Source of the DNA: Calditrichaceae bacterium
GTDB taxonomy: Bacteria; Calditrichota; Calditrichia; Calditrichales; JBFXGD01
Assembly: GCA_050173015.1 (NCBI GenBank)
Contig: JBFXLE010000031.1
Location: forward strand, 1 to 36,880
Direction of reading: 5' to 3'
DNA: 36,880 nt
Made by a program: the position numbers and the translations under genes. Positions within the stretch are counted from its first letter, which is position 1. The number at the start of each line of letters is the position of its first letter. The notes beneath the pieces were generated by a model. It was not told where the DNA came from. It made no database searches and saw nothing but the letters and a program-made list of their open reading frames with translations. Below are positions 29,077-36,880 of this stretch, in pieces.

Positions 29077-30144
29077 ATGGTTAAAAAACTTATGAAGAAA
29101 AGATCGAAAAAAATTGGTCTTCCACCGGGCACAATGGTTTTTGTAGGAGATAAAAAGGTTGAAAATGTATCTATTTCGGTTATTGATTATGATCAGGCAC
29201 ATTACGAAGCGAGACAACTGCAAAAAATCGAAGAAGTTTTTCCATTCAAAAAAACGCCAACAGTCAGCTGGTTAAATATCAATGGATTGCATGAAATTGA
29301 AATTTTGGAGAAGATCGGTTCGCATTATGATATCCATCCGTTGATTCTCGAGGATATTCTGAACACAGATCAGCGTCCGAAAGTAGAAGTGTTTGATAAC
29401 TACATATTTATTGTCCTTAAAATGATAACATATAACGCGGTTAAGGAAGATGTGCTTATTGAACAGGTGAGTCTGCTGGTTGGCGATAATTTTGTAATTA
29501 CATTTCAGGAATTTGAAGGAGATATTTTCCAGCCAGTCCGTGAACGCATAGAGGGAGGAAAGGGACGTCTTCGTAAAAGCGGGCCCGATTACCTCATGTA
29601 CGCGATTATGGATGTGCTGATTGATAATTATTTTTTCGTACTTGAACAACTCGGCGAAACAATAGAGAATCTTGAAGAAAAAGTTCTTGTGGATCCGAAT
29701 CAATTGATTGTGCATGATATTCAACGCATGAAACGGGAGCTTATCTTTTTGAGAAAATCCGTCTGGCCACTCCGAGAGGTGATCAGTAATCTGGTTAGAG
29801 AAGATTCAATCCTGATAAAACCAATGACTAAGCCATTTCTTCGAGATCTTTACGATCATACAATTCAGGTGGTTGATACCGTTGAAACATTTCGTGATAT
29901 GGTTTCTGGAATTCTTGATATATATTTGTCCAGTATCAGCAATAAAATGAATGAAGTCATGAAAGTGCTTACCATCATTGCCACCATTTTTATACCGCTT
30001 ACATTTTTTGCCGGCATTTATGGTATGAATTTTGAATTTATGCCTGAACTGCATTTGCGCTGGGCTTATCCGGCGCTCTGGGGGGGCATGGTCACAATTG
30101 CCTTGGTGATGATCGTGTATTTCCGAAGAAAAAACTGGCTTTAA
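29077..30144 (+). CDS. corA: Magnesium/cobalt transporter CorA
   Basis: GLPPGT, HPLILEDI, QRPK, MNEVMKVLT, YGMNF, MPEL. Confidence 0.95.
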   Translation: MVKKLMKKRSKKIGLPPGTMVFVGDKKVENVSISVIDYDQAHYEARQLQKIEEVFPFKKTPTVSWLNINGLHEIEILEKIGSHYDIHPLILEDILNTDQRPKVEVFDNYIFIVLKMITYNAVKEDVLIEQVSLLVGDNFVITFQEFEGDIFQPVRERIEGGKGRLRKSGPDYLMYAIMDVLIDNYFFVLEQLGETIENLEEKVLVDPNQLIVHDIQRMKRELIFLRKSVWPLREVISNLVREDSILIKPMTKPFLRDLYDHTIQVVDTVETFRDMVSGILDIYLSSISNKMNEVMKVLTIIATIFIPLTFFAGIYGMNFEFMPELHLRWAYPALWGGMVTIALVMIVYFRRKNWL

Positions 30145-30255
30145 GAATTAAATGGAACTGATCACTCTCTATCGGCGTTTGGAATGAAAATCGAATCAGG
30201 TATTATTATCATTACTCATATCTGCTACAAAATGATCTACTCGGGAAATTAAATC

Positions 30256-31344
30256 ATGATGAAAAAAATTGGCGTACTGACGGGGGGCGGAGACTGTCCC
30301 GGGCTAAACGCGGTAATTCGCGCGGTGGTAAAGACGGCGATAAACGATTACGGGATATCTGTTGTAGGAATTGAAGATGGTTTTGACGGTCTGGTAAAAA
30401 ATCGAGTCAAGAATCTCGATTATGAAACCGTAAGCGGAATTCTCTCGGTAGGAGGTACAATTTTAGGATCGTCAAACCGCGCGGATCCCTTTGCTTATGT
30501 TGAAGAACAAAACGGAAAAATGTCTGAAAAGGTTGACCGCTCCGATGAAGCGGTAGATAATTTCAAAAAAAGAGGGCTTGACGCGCTTGTATGCACCGGC
30601 GGTGATGGAACCATGAGCATCGCGCATGGCTTGATGGCCAAGGGAATACCGGTAATCGGCGTTCCAAAAACAATCGATAATGACCTCTATGGAACTGATG
30701 TCACTTTTGGTTTTGATTCCGCCGTTCAGATAGTCTCCGAAGCGATTGACAGGCTGCATACAACGGCTCAATCGCATCATCGTGTGATGGTAATAGAGAC
30801 GATGGGGCGATATGCCGGATGGCTGGCCCTGACCGGCGGCGTGGCCGGCGGTGGAGACATTATTTTAATTCCTGAAATTCCTTACAGTTTAGACGCTATC
30901 GCCGACAGGGTGAAATTCAGAAGTAAACGCGGGAAAAGGTTTAGCATTGTTGTGGTCGCGGAAGGAGTCAAATTGCCCGGCGGAGAATATAAAATTGATC
31001 ACCGCGATGAAGCAAGTCATGATCCGGTCAGGCTTGGAGGTATAGGAGTATGGATTGCCCGTCAGATTGAAGAAATGACAGGTATTTCCTCCAGAGCGAC
31101 TATTTTGGGGCATCTGCAGCGGGGAGGAAGTCCGACGGCATATGACCGGGTGTTGGCGACCAGGTTTGGCAGGGAAGCGATGAAAATTGCCTATGAAGGG
31201 GAATTCGGAGTGATGGTTGGGCTAAGGGGAGATGCGATAAAAACGACGCCCCTCGAGAAGATTGCCAATCGTCAAAGACTGGTTACGCCTGATTCTCCGA
31301 TCATCATGGCGGCGAAATCGGTCGGAACAAGTTTTGGCGAATAA
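30256..31344 (+). CDS. pfkA: 6-phosphofructokinase (PfkA family, group III type)
   Basis: TGGGDCPGLN, GGTILGS, GGDGT, PKTIDND, ETMGR, LGHLQRGG. Confidence 0.92.
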   Translation: MMKKIGVLTGGGDCPGLNAVIRAVVKTAINDYGISVVGIEDGFDGLVKNRVKNLDYETVSGILSVGGTILGSSNRADPFAYVEEQNGKMSEKVDRSDEAVDNFKKRGLDALVCTGGDGTMSIAHGLMAKGIPVIGVPKTIDNDLYGTDVTFGFDSAVQIVSEAIDRLHTTAQSHHRVMVIETMGRYAGWLALTGGVAGGGDIILIPEIPYSLDAIADRVKFRSKRGKRFSIVVVAEGVKLPGGEYKIDHRDEASHDPVRLGGIGVWIARQIEEMTGISSRATILGHLQRGGSPTAYDRVLATRFGREAMKIAYEGEFGVMVGLRGDAIKTTPLEKIANRQRLVTPDSPIIMAAKSVGTSFGE

Positions 31345-31407
31345 CTGAAAATTCAGCATTAAAAGTTTAAATTAAAGCATCTTAATATTTTATAAACGGA
31401 GTCCGGT

Positions 31408-33939
31408 ATGAGACACGATAAAACCAATCAAACCACGACCGAAAAAATTTCCCGGCTCGAAAAACTGTCACCTTCGACCAATGAATTCAAACGGACAGAT
31501 ATTGAATCGCTTGAAGTTTCGTTTGTCAATCATTTAGAATTCTCTCTTGCTAAAGATGAGTATTCTGCGACAAATCTTGATTTTTTTAAAAGTCTCGCCC
31601 TGACTATTCGAGACCGTCTCATACAGAAATGGATCGAAACTCAGCAAACTTATTATAAAAAAGACGCAAAACGGGTCTATTATCTCTCGATGGAATATTT
31701 GACAGGTAGATTAATGGGTGATGCCCTGAACAATCTTAATCTATACGAAAATGCCGCCAGGGCCGTTAAGGATTTGGGACTTGATTTTGATACGCTTCGT
31801 GAACTGGAATTTGACGCGGGTCTTGGCAACGGGGGCCTGGGAAGGCTTGCAGCCTGTTTTATGGATTCCATGGCGACTCTTGAACTGCCGGCCTATGGCT
31901 ATGGTATCCGTTATGAGTATGGAATATTTTCACAAAAAATCGAAAACGGATGTCAGAAGGAAGTACCTGATCCCTGGCTTCGTTATGGTAATCCTTGGGA
32001 AATTGAGCGCCCTGAATACATCTATCTTGTTCAATTTTACGGAAAGGTCGAGCAGGTAACCGGTCCGGACGGTAAACCGCGTTACTCCTGGACAGACACG
32101 GATGAGATAATGGCCATGGCGCATGATACTCCGATCCCTGGTTACCAGAACAATACCGTTAATAACTTGCGTCTCTGGTCGGCAAAATCAACGCGTGATT
32201 TTAATCTGGAATATTTTAATCATGGTAACTACGATAAAGCTGTGAGCGAAAAAATAGAGTCTGAAGTAATTTCAAAAGTATTGTATCCACGAGACGATTT
32301 TGTTGAAGGGAGAGAACTTCGCATAAAGCAGGAGTATTTTCTTGTTTCATCTACTCTTCAGGATATAATCAGAAGATATAAAAAACAGCATAATGACCAA
32401 TTTGAAAATTTTTCTAAAAAAGTCGCCATTCAGTTAAACGACACGCATCCGGCTCTCGCTATTCCGGAATTGATGCGTATTTTGATTGATCTCGAAAACT
32501 TGGATTGGGAAACGGCCTGGGAAATTACCACAAAAACATTTGCATACACCAATCATACGGTCATGCCGGAAGCCCTGGAAAAATGGTCCCTTAATTTGTT
32601 GGCTCGCGTTCTTCCCAGACACCTACAAATTATTTTTGAAATAAATGAACATTTTCTGGAAAAAGTAAACTCCATATATCCGGGAGATATTCATCGTATC
32701 CGGAATATGAGCATTATTGAAGAAGGAAAAGATAAGAAAATCCGCATGGCAAATCTGGCGATCGTCGGAAGCCACTCAATTAACGGGGTGGCAGAGCTGC
32801 ACACAGAAATTCTAAAAAAAGATGTATTCAGATATTTTTATGAATTATGGCCGGAAAAGTTTAATAATAAAACGAATGGAATAACCCAGCGCCGCTGGCT
32901 GAAACTAAGTAACCGGGGGCTTTCTGAACTCATATCAGAGAAAATAGGGGAGGATTGGGTAAAAGATCTTTACAAGCTGAAAAAGCTGGAAGAATACAGA
33001 TCGGATAATGAATTTCATAAAAAATGGAATAAAGTTAAAAATAACAATAAAATAAAACTGGCAAAATATATCCTTGAAAATAATGGCATCAAAGTTAATC
33101 CGGATTCCATGTTTGACGTTCAGGTAAAAAGGCTTCACGAATACAAGCGTCAGCTAATGAACGTTCTGCATGTAATCACATTATACAATCGGATCAAATC
33201 AGATCCGGCCCTGGATATTGTACCAAGAACCATTATTTTTGCCGGTAAAGCCGCGCCCGCATATACCATGGCAAAGCTCATTATTAAACTGATAAATTCA
33301 GTTGCAGATATTGTAAATAAAGATCCGGATATCGGAGAGAAGCTCAAAGTTGTATTCCTTGCCAATTATTCTGTATCGCTCGCTCAAAAAATTATTCCCG
33401 CGGCCGACCTGTCTGAACAAATCTCCACAGCCGGTATGGAAGCATCCGGCACAGGCAACATGAAATTCGCGTTAAACGGAGCGCTGACGATCGGAACGCT
33501 GGATGGCGCTAACATTGAGATTAAGAATGAAGTTGGGGATGAAAATATTTTTATCTTCGGATTGACCGCGGAAAAAGTAGCTGAACTCCGCTACAGCGGT
33601 TATAATCCGGATGAGTATTATCAGGCAAATGATGAACTGAAAAAGGTAATTCAGATGATCGGAAACGGGTATTTTTCCCCGGATAAACCGGAACTGTTTA
33701 AACCAATAGCAGATTCGCTGATCGAACAGGGAGATTATTATATGGTCCTGGCTGATTTTGCGGATTATGTCCGATGTCAGGAAGAGGTGAGCCGGGTGTA
33801 TCTCAATAAGAAAAAATGGACGGAAATGTGTATCGTAAATGTGGCGAATATGGGAAAATTCTCCAGTGACCGGACGATAAAAGGGTACGCTGATGAGATC
33901 TGGAATACACCACCCGTACCGATAAAACTCTCAGAATAA
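31408..33939 (+). CDS. glgP: Glycogen/starch/alpha-glucan phosphorylase
   Basis: LGNGGLGRLAACF, QLNDTHP, YTNHT, KRLHEYKRQ, EASGTGNMKF (PLP Lys), FSSDRTI. Confidence 0.96.
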   Translation: MRHDKTNQTTTEKISRLEKLSPSTNEFKRTDIESLEVSFVNHLEFSLAKDEYSATNLDFFKSLALTIRDRLIQKWIETQQTYYKKDAKRVYYLSMEYLTGRLMGDALNNLNLYENAARAVKDLGLDFDTLRELEFDAGLGNGGLGRLAACFMDSMATLELPAYGYGIRYEYGIFSQKIENGCQKEVPDPWLRYGNPWEIERPEYIYLVQFYGKVEQVTGPDGKPRYSWTDTDEIMAMAHDTPIPGYQNNTVNNLRLWSAKSTRDFNLEYFNHGNYDKAVSEKIESEVISKVLYPRDDFVEGRELRIKQEYFLVSSTLQDIIRRYKKQHNDQFENFSKKVAIQLNDTHPALAIPELMRILIDLENLDWETAWEITTKTFAYTNHTVMPEALEKWSLNLLARVLPRHLQIIFEINEHFLEKVNSIYPGDIHRIRNMSIIEEGKDKKIRMANLAIVGSHSINGVAELHTEILKKDVFRYFYELWPEKFNNKTNGITQRRWLKLSNRGLSELISEKIGEDWVKDLYKLKKLEEYRSDNEFHKKWNKVKNNNKIKLAKYILENNGIKVNPDSMFDVQVKRLHEYKRQLMNVLHVITLYNRIKSDPALDIVPRTIIFAGKAAPAYTMAKLIIKLINSVADIVNKDPDIGEKLKVVFLANYSVSLAQKIIPAADLSEQISTAGMEASGTGNMKFALNGALTIGTLDGANIEIKNEVGDENIFIFGLTAEKVAELRYSGYNPDEYYQANDELKKVIQMIGNGYFSPDKPELFKPIADSLIEQGDYYMVLADFADYVRCQEEVSRVYLNKKKWTEMCIVNVANMGKFSSDRTIKGYADEIWNTPPVPIKLSE

Positions 33940-33961
33940 TTGACGATAAGTAAACTTATAG

Positions 33962-34005
33962 AAATAGCTGGAGATTTTGTGATATAATACTTCAGCTATT
34001 TTTTT
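33962..34005 (+). terminator. Rho-independent terminator after glgP
   Basis: AAATAGCTGGAG / CTTCAGCTATTT stem followed by a T run. Confidence 0.65.
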
Positions 34006-34091
34006 ATCAATAATCTGTAGTCGAGTTCATTTCAACTGTCAGGCTATGCACTCTCATGTCCATCCTTAATTTGATCAGATATAAAGGAGAT

Positions 34092-35180
34092 ATGATTATG
34101 AAGACGGTTATCGTGATACTTCTTCTCATTGTGCTTATTTCAGGCGTATCAGCACAGGATATTCCTCCAGAGACAAACCGGGATTGCGCGCAATGTCACA
34201 GTCGGATTTATGATGACTGGAGCCGTTCGATGCACGCGCTTTCCACACCCGAAAAAGATATTCTCTATCAAAAGATGATGAATTGGGCGGTTGAAGATAC
34301 CAAAGGAAAGGCTGCAAAATTATGCGGGAACTGTCATATGCCCTTTATTGAACCATCCCTTGCCGAAAATCCGGTTGATTGTATATACTGCCATTCCATG
34401 GCCACCCCGGCAGGCAGGTTTTCTTTATCCAAAACAAAATATTCCGCTCATGATAATGATCAATCGGATTATCATAAAATCGAAGCCCGGGATCATTTTA
34501 AAAACGAGCAACTCTGTATGAGATGTCACTCAAAACTGGTCAATGCCAATGAAGTGGATATCTGTATTACGGGAATAGAATATGAAAGCTCCGGCAGTGA
34601 TGTAAAATCCTGTCAGTCATGCCATATGCCGCTTGTCACAGGTTCAAAATCCGATGAGTCCACTCCGGATGGAATGATCCGTTCGCATGCGTTTTTTGGC
34701 CCGCATGATGAAAATTTTCTAAAAGGATCATTAAAGTTGAATCTAAAATATACGGATAATCGGTTAACAGTGATCATAGATAATTCAGCGACACCGCATG
34801 CCTATCCAACGGGAACTCCACTGCGCACGGTTATTCTAAAGGTTGCCGGATATGACGCAGAAGACCGGATAATATTTGAGAATTGGAAAAATGATCCTCT
34901 GACAGAAGATCGTCAGGCGGTGTTCAACAGAGTCTTCGAAGACTCTGAGCGTCACTTCCCGGTTATGCCGTGGCGGGCATCCGGCGTAAAAATCGATACA
35001 AGGATTAAAGCCGGCGAGATCCGCGAAATTGTTTATCAGCTTCCAGGAATTACCAAAAAAATCAGCGCAAAATTGTTATTCAGACTGGCGCCGGAAACCA
35101 TTTTGGATCATCTGCGGATTGATGACCCCTATCTAAGAAAAGCGCATCTAATCAACCAATCGGAGCTAATGTTAAACTGA
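34092..35180 (+). CDS. Periplasmic pentaheme c-type cytochrome (c554-like N-terminus, beta-rich C-terminal domain)
   Basis: Signal peptide (VSA|Q); 5 CxxCH (CAQCH, CGNCH, CIYCH, CMRCH, CQSCH); W..S.HA, SHAFFG and HAYPTG motifs; AAGGAG RBS (start 34092 or 34098). Confidence 0.85.
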   Translation: MIMKTVIVILLLIVLISGVSAQDIPPETNRDCAQCHSRIYDDWSRSMHALSTPEKDILYQKMMNWAVEDTKGKAAKLCGNCHMPFIEPSLAENPVDCIYCHSMATPAGRFSLSKTKYSAHDNDQSDYHKIEARDHFKNEQLCMRCHSKLVNANEVDICITGIEYESSGSDVKSCQSCHMPLVTGSKSDESTPDGMIRSHAFFGPHDENFLKGSLKLNLKYTDNRLTVIIDNSATPHAYPTGTPLRTVILKVAGYDAEDRIIFENWKNDPLTEDRQAVFNRVFEDSERHFPVMPWRASGVKIDTRIKAGEIREIVYQLPGITKKISAKLLFRLAPETILDHLRIDDPYLRKAHLINQSELMLN

Positions 35181-35196
35181 TTAATGAGGTGAAGTT

Positions 35197-35409
35197 TTGC
35201 GTATCACTAAAGACATGACCATCGAAGAAATAGTGGAAAAATATCCTGAGACTATCTCGCCTATGCAAAAATTGGGAGTAAAATGTATCGTTTGCGGCGA
35301 ACCGGTCTGGGGGACACTGGAAGAAAATGTCATCGAAAAAGGACTAAATCTAGAAGAAATTATTTCTAAACTAAATGAGGTGACAGAAGAATTGGTCCCG
35401 GAAAAATAA
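35197..35409 (+). CDS. DUF1858 domain protein
   Basis: ITKDMTIEEIVEKYP...GVKCIVC...TLEE; GAGGTG RBS before TTG. Confidence 0.8.
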   Translation: MRITKDMTIEEIVEKYPETISPMQKLGVKCIVCGEPVWGTLEENVIEKGLNLEEIISKLNEVTEELVPEK

Positions 35410-35449
35410 AAAATATTAACAGAAATTAATAACAGCGGGGAAACTGACA

Positions 35450-35653
35450 TTGATTAAAAATAAATGGGTAAAGCTGACACTTTTTGGAATCCTGGGAGCA
35501 ATTGCCGGATTCTCATACTATTATTTTATCGGATGCACAACCAATACTTGCGCGATTACAAGCAATCCTTATATAAGCACAGGTTATGGTCTTGGGGCGG
35601 GTTTGTTGCTCGGCTGGCCCGGAAAAGCGAAACCGAATACGGAGAACAAATAA
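35450..35653 (+). CDS. DUF6132-like small membrane protein
   Basis: GAIAGFSYYYFIGCTTNTCAITSNPYISTGYG. Confidence 0.75.
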   Translation: MIKNKWVKLTLFGILGAIAGFSYYYFIGCTTNTCAITSNPYISTGYGLGAGLLLGWPGKAKPNTENK

Positions 35654-36043
35654 ATGCAGGGATTTCTTTATTTAATACTGGTGATTGTCGGCTTTTTTGT
35701 AGTCATGCAACTTTACATAAGAATTTCATCGATTATGAAAAAAGGCAAAATTATTGATGGTGTAAATGGGAAAATGGGAAAAGAAATCAAAGCAGGTAAA
35801 CGGATTTTAGTCTATTTTTATACAAGTAGCTGCGCGGCCTGTAAACCCATGACTCCCGTTATAGAAAAATTAAAAAAAGAATTTGAGTCTGTTCATATGG
35901 TAAATCTGGCAAAGGATATGGCAACGGCAAAAGCGTTCGGGGTGATGGGAACTCCGGCAACCGTTCTCGTAGAAAATCAAAAAATCATGTCATTTAATCT
36001 TGGCGCGAAGTCAGAAGATTTTTTAAGAAAACTGTTAAACTGA
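35654..36043 (+). CDS. Membrane-anchored thioredoxin-family protein
   Basis: N-terminal TM; YFYTSSCAACK (CxxC); FGVMGTP cis-Pro loop; start abuts the upstream stop. Confidence 0.85.
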   Translation: MQGFLYLILVIVGFFVVMQLYIRISSIMKKGKIIDGVNGKMGKEIKAGKRILVYFYTSSCAACKPMTPVIEKLKKEFESVHMVNLAKDMATAKAFGVMGTPATVLVENQKIMSFNLGAKSEDFLRKLLN

Positions 36044-36059
36044 GATCCCCGTAAAATGG

Positions 36060-36086
36060 AAAAAGCGGGATAATCCCGCTTTTTTT
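36060..36086 (+). terminator. Rho-independent (bidirectional-type) terminator
   Basis: AAAAAGCGGGA-taa-TCCCGCTTTTTT perfect hairpin. Confidence 0.85.
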
Positions 36087-36204
36087 ATTTTTTATAGATT
36101 TTTTATGATATAGTTCATATTATAATGCAGGTTCAGATATATTCCGTGAAATGGTTTTAATTTAATCATAGTGAAGATATGTTTATTTTAACGGGGATTA
36201 AGAG

Positions 36205-36771
36205 ATGCAGGATCTCGTCAGGCTCCATGTACCTTGCAAGCTTGAATACACAAAATTAGTCGAAGATTTTACTGAATCTATTAGCGGATACATTCAATCC
36301 GCGGATAATCCGCAATTTAATCAGAAGCTAAGAACAGTGATGAACGAGGTTTTTATCAATGTGGTTGAGCATTCCGATACCGCGGCCAGGAATGAAATTG
36401 TCCGTTTTCAGTTCGAGATCGGTATGAAGTATTTTTCAATTTCCATATATGATTATGGTCCGGGCTTTGAAGCTGAAGGCCATTATCCTCCCTATCCAAA
36501 GAATCTTACGGGAAAAAAGTTCAAACTCAGAGATGTCATCGACGGGACGGTCTCCTACACGGTTGTGGATCCCTTTAGTATTTCTTTTAGTTTTGAAGAA
36601 AGTGAAGAAGCCGATTTGGATATGTTCGATGAACTCTCAAATCTTAAGGAACACGGCCTGGGTATGTCCATCGTTACAAAATTAATGGATAGTGTCACCT
36701 ATTCATATATAGGAGAGGGCAAATTTGACTGGAAACTTATTAAACAATTGGAGTCATTAGTGTCCGGTTAA
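36205..36771 (+). CDS. Anti-sigma factor / serine kinase (RsbW-like, HATPase_c_2)
   Basis: VMNEVFINVVEH (N box), YDYGPGF (G1), EHGLGMSIVTKLMDSV (G2). Confidence 0.8.
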   Translation: MQDLVRLHVPCKLEYTKLVEDFTESISGYIQSADNPQFNQKLRTVMNEVFINVVEHSDTAARNEIVRFQFEIGMKYFSISIYDYGPGFEAEGHYPPYPKNLTGKKFKLRDVIDGTVSYTVVDPFSISFSFEESEEADLDMFDELSNLKEHGLGMSIVTKLMDSVTYSYIGEGKFDWKLIKQLESLVSG

Positions 36772-36880
36772 AAATTGAACAACCAGGTTTGATTATTTAA
36801 TTGGTGGTCTGGCGGTTCATATTTTGGTTCTTTGAAAATCTCCGCAAGCGGTTTTCGTTCAAATAAATTGATTTGAATCA
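36755..36880 (-). mobile_element. Right end of an IS4-family insertion sequence (partial, runs off the window)
   Basis: Terminal IR-like CATTAGTGTCCGGTTAA at 36755-36771 directly after the stop of a minus-strand transposase-like C-terminus. Confidence 0.7.
36768..36878 (-). CDS. C-terminus of a putative IS4-family transposase (partial)
   Basis: Minus frame reads IQINLFERKPLAEIFKEPKYEPPDHQLNNQTWLFNF-stop, like the NLFE..P...QLxLF ending of IS4 transposases; followed by CCGGACACTAATG. Confidence 0.65.
   Translation of the reverse strand: MQINLFERKPLAEIFKEPKYEPPDHQLNNQTWLFNF

Noticed and set aside
550..36685. Numerous short overlapping or antisense ORFs in the six-frame track
   Set aside because: They overlap well-supported genes and show no motifs; treated as shadow ORFs
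1..36880. tRNA, rRNA, prophage, DGR/retron or recognised defence genes; selenocysteine read-through
   Set aside because: No such motifs or reverse transcriptase seen; the TGA stops examined coincide with normal family C-termini

Overview
Bacterial chromosomal window of moderate GC with AT-rich intergenic regions. Shine-Dalgarno sites and a T9SS-type C-terminal sorting tail at the left edge suggest an FCB-group lineage such as Calditrichota, KSB1 or Ignavibacteria (inference only). About 32 complete genes all lie on the + strand. In order: MOSC, YdbC/DUF4937-like, SDR, GNAT, DUF488, a Spy/CpxP-like + TolC-MacA-MacB efflux operon, DUF6090, a PAS hybrid kinase, TfoX, an H-NOX-like protein, a Rho-N-like small protein, a membrane protein, a signal-peptide-bearing Memo/AmmeMemoRadiSam-B, a class III aminotransferase + DUF6206, SulP, an octaheme tetrathionate reductase-family cytochrome, EamA, a PDZ-membrane-GAF-SpoIIE phosphatase, MscS, a TM_helix-repeat protein, CorA, Pfk, GlgP, a pentaheme cytochrome-DUF1858-DUF6132-thioredoxin operon and an RsbW-like kinase. 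Signals not explained by the ORF track: a degenerate 21-bp tandem array (189-404); the end of an IS4-family element at the right edge, whose inverted repeat supplies the last codons and stop of the RsbW-like gene; a perfect Rex-like palindrome before the H-NOX-like gene; an OmpR-type direct repeat before the efflux operon; and several long intergenic hairpins. The best candidate undescribed systems are the aminotransferase + cryptic kinase-fold (DUF6206) pair, the pentaheme-DUF1858-DUF6132-Trx redox operon and the 21-bp array. No rRNA, tRNA or CRISPR array was seen. Family assignments come from motif recognition, not database searches.
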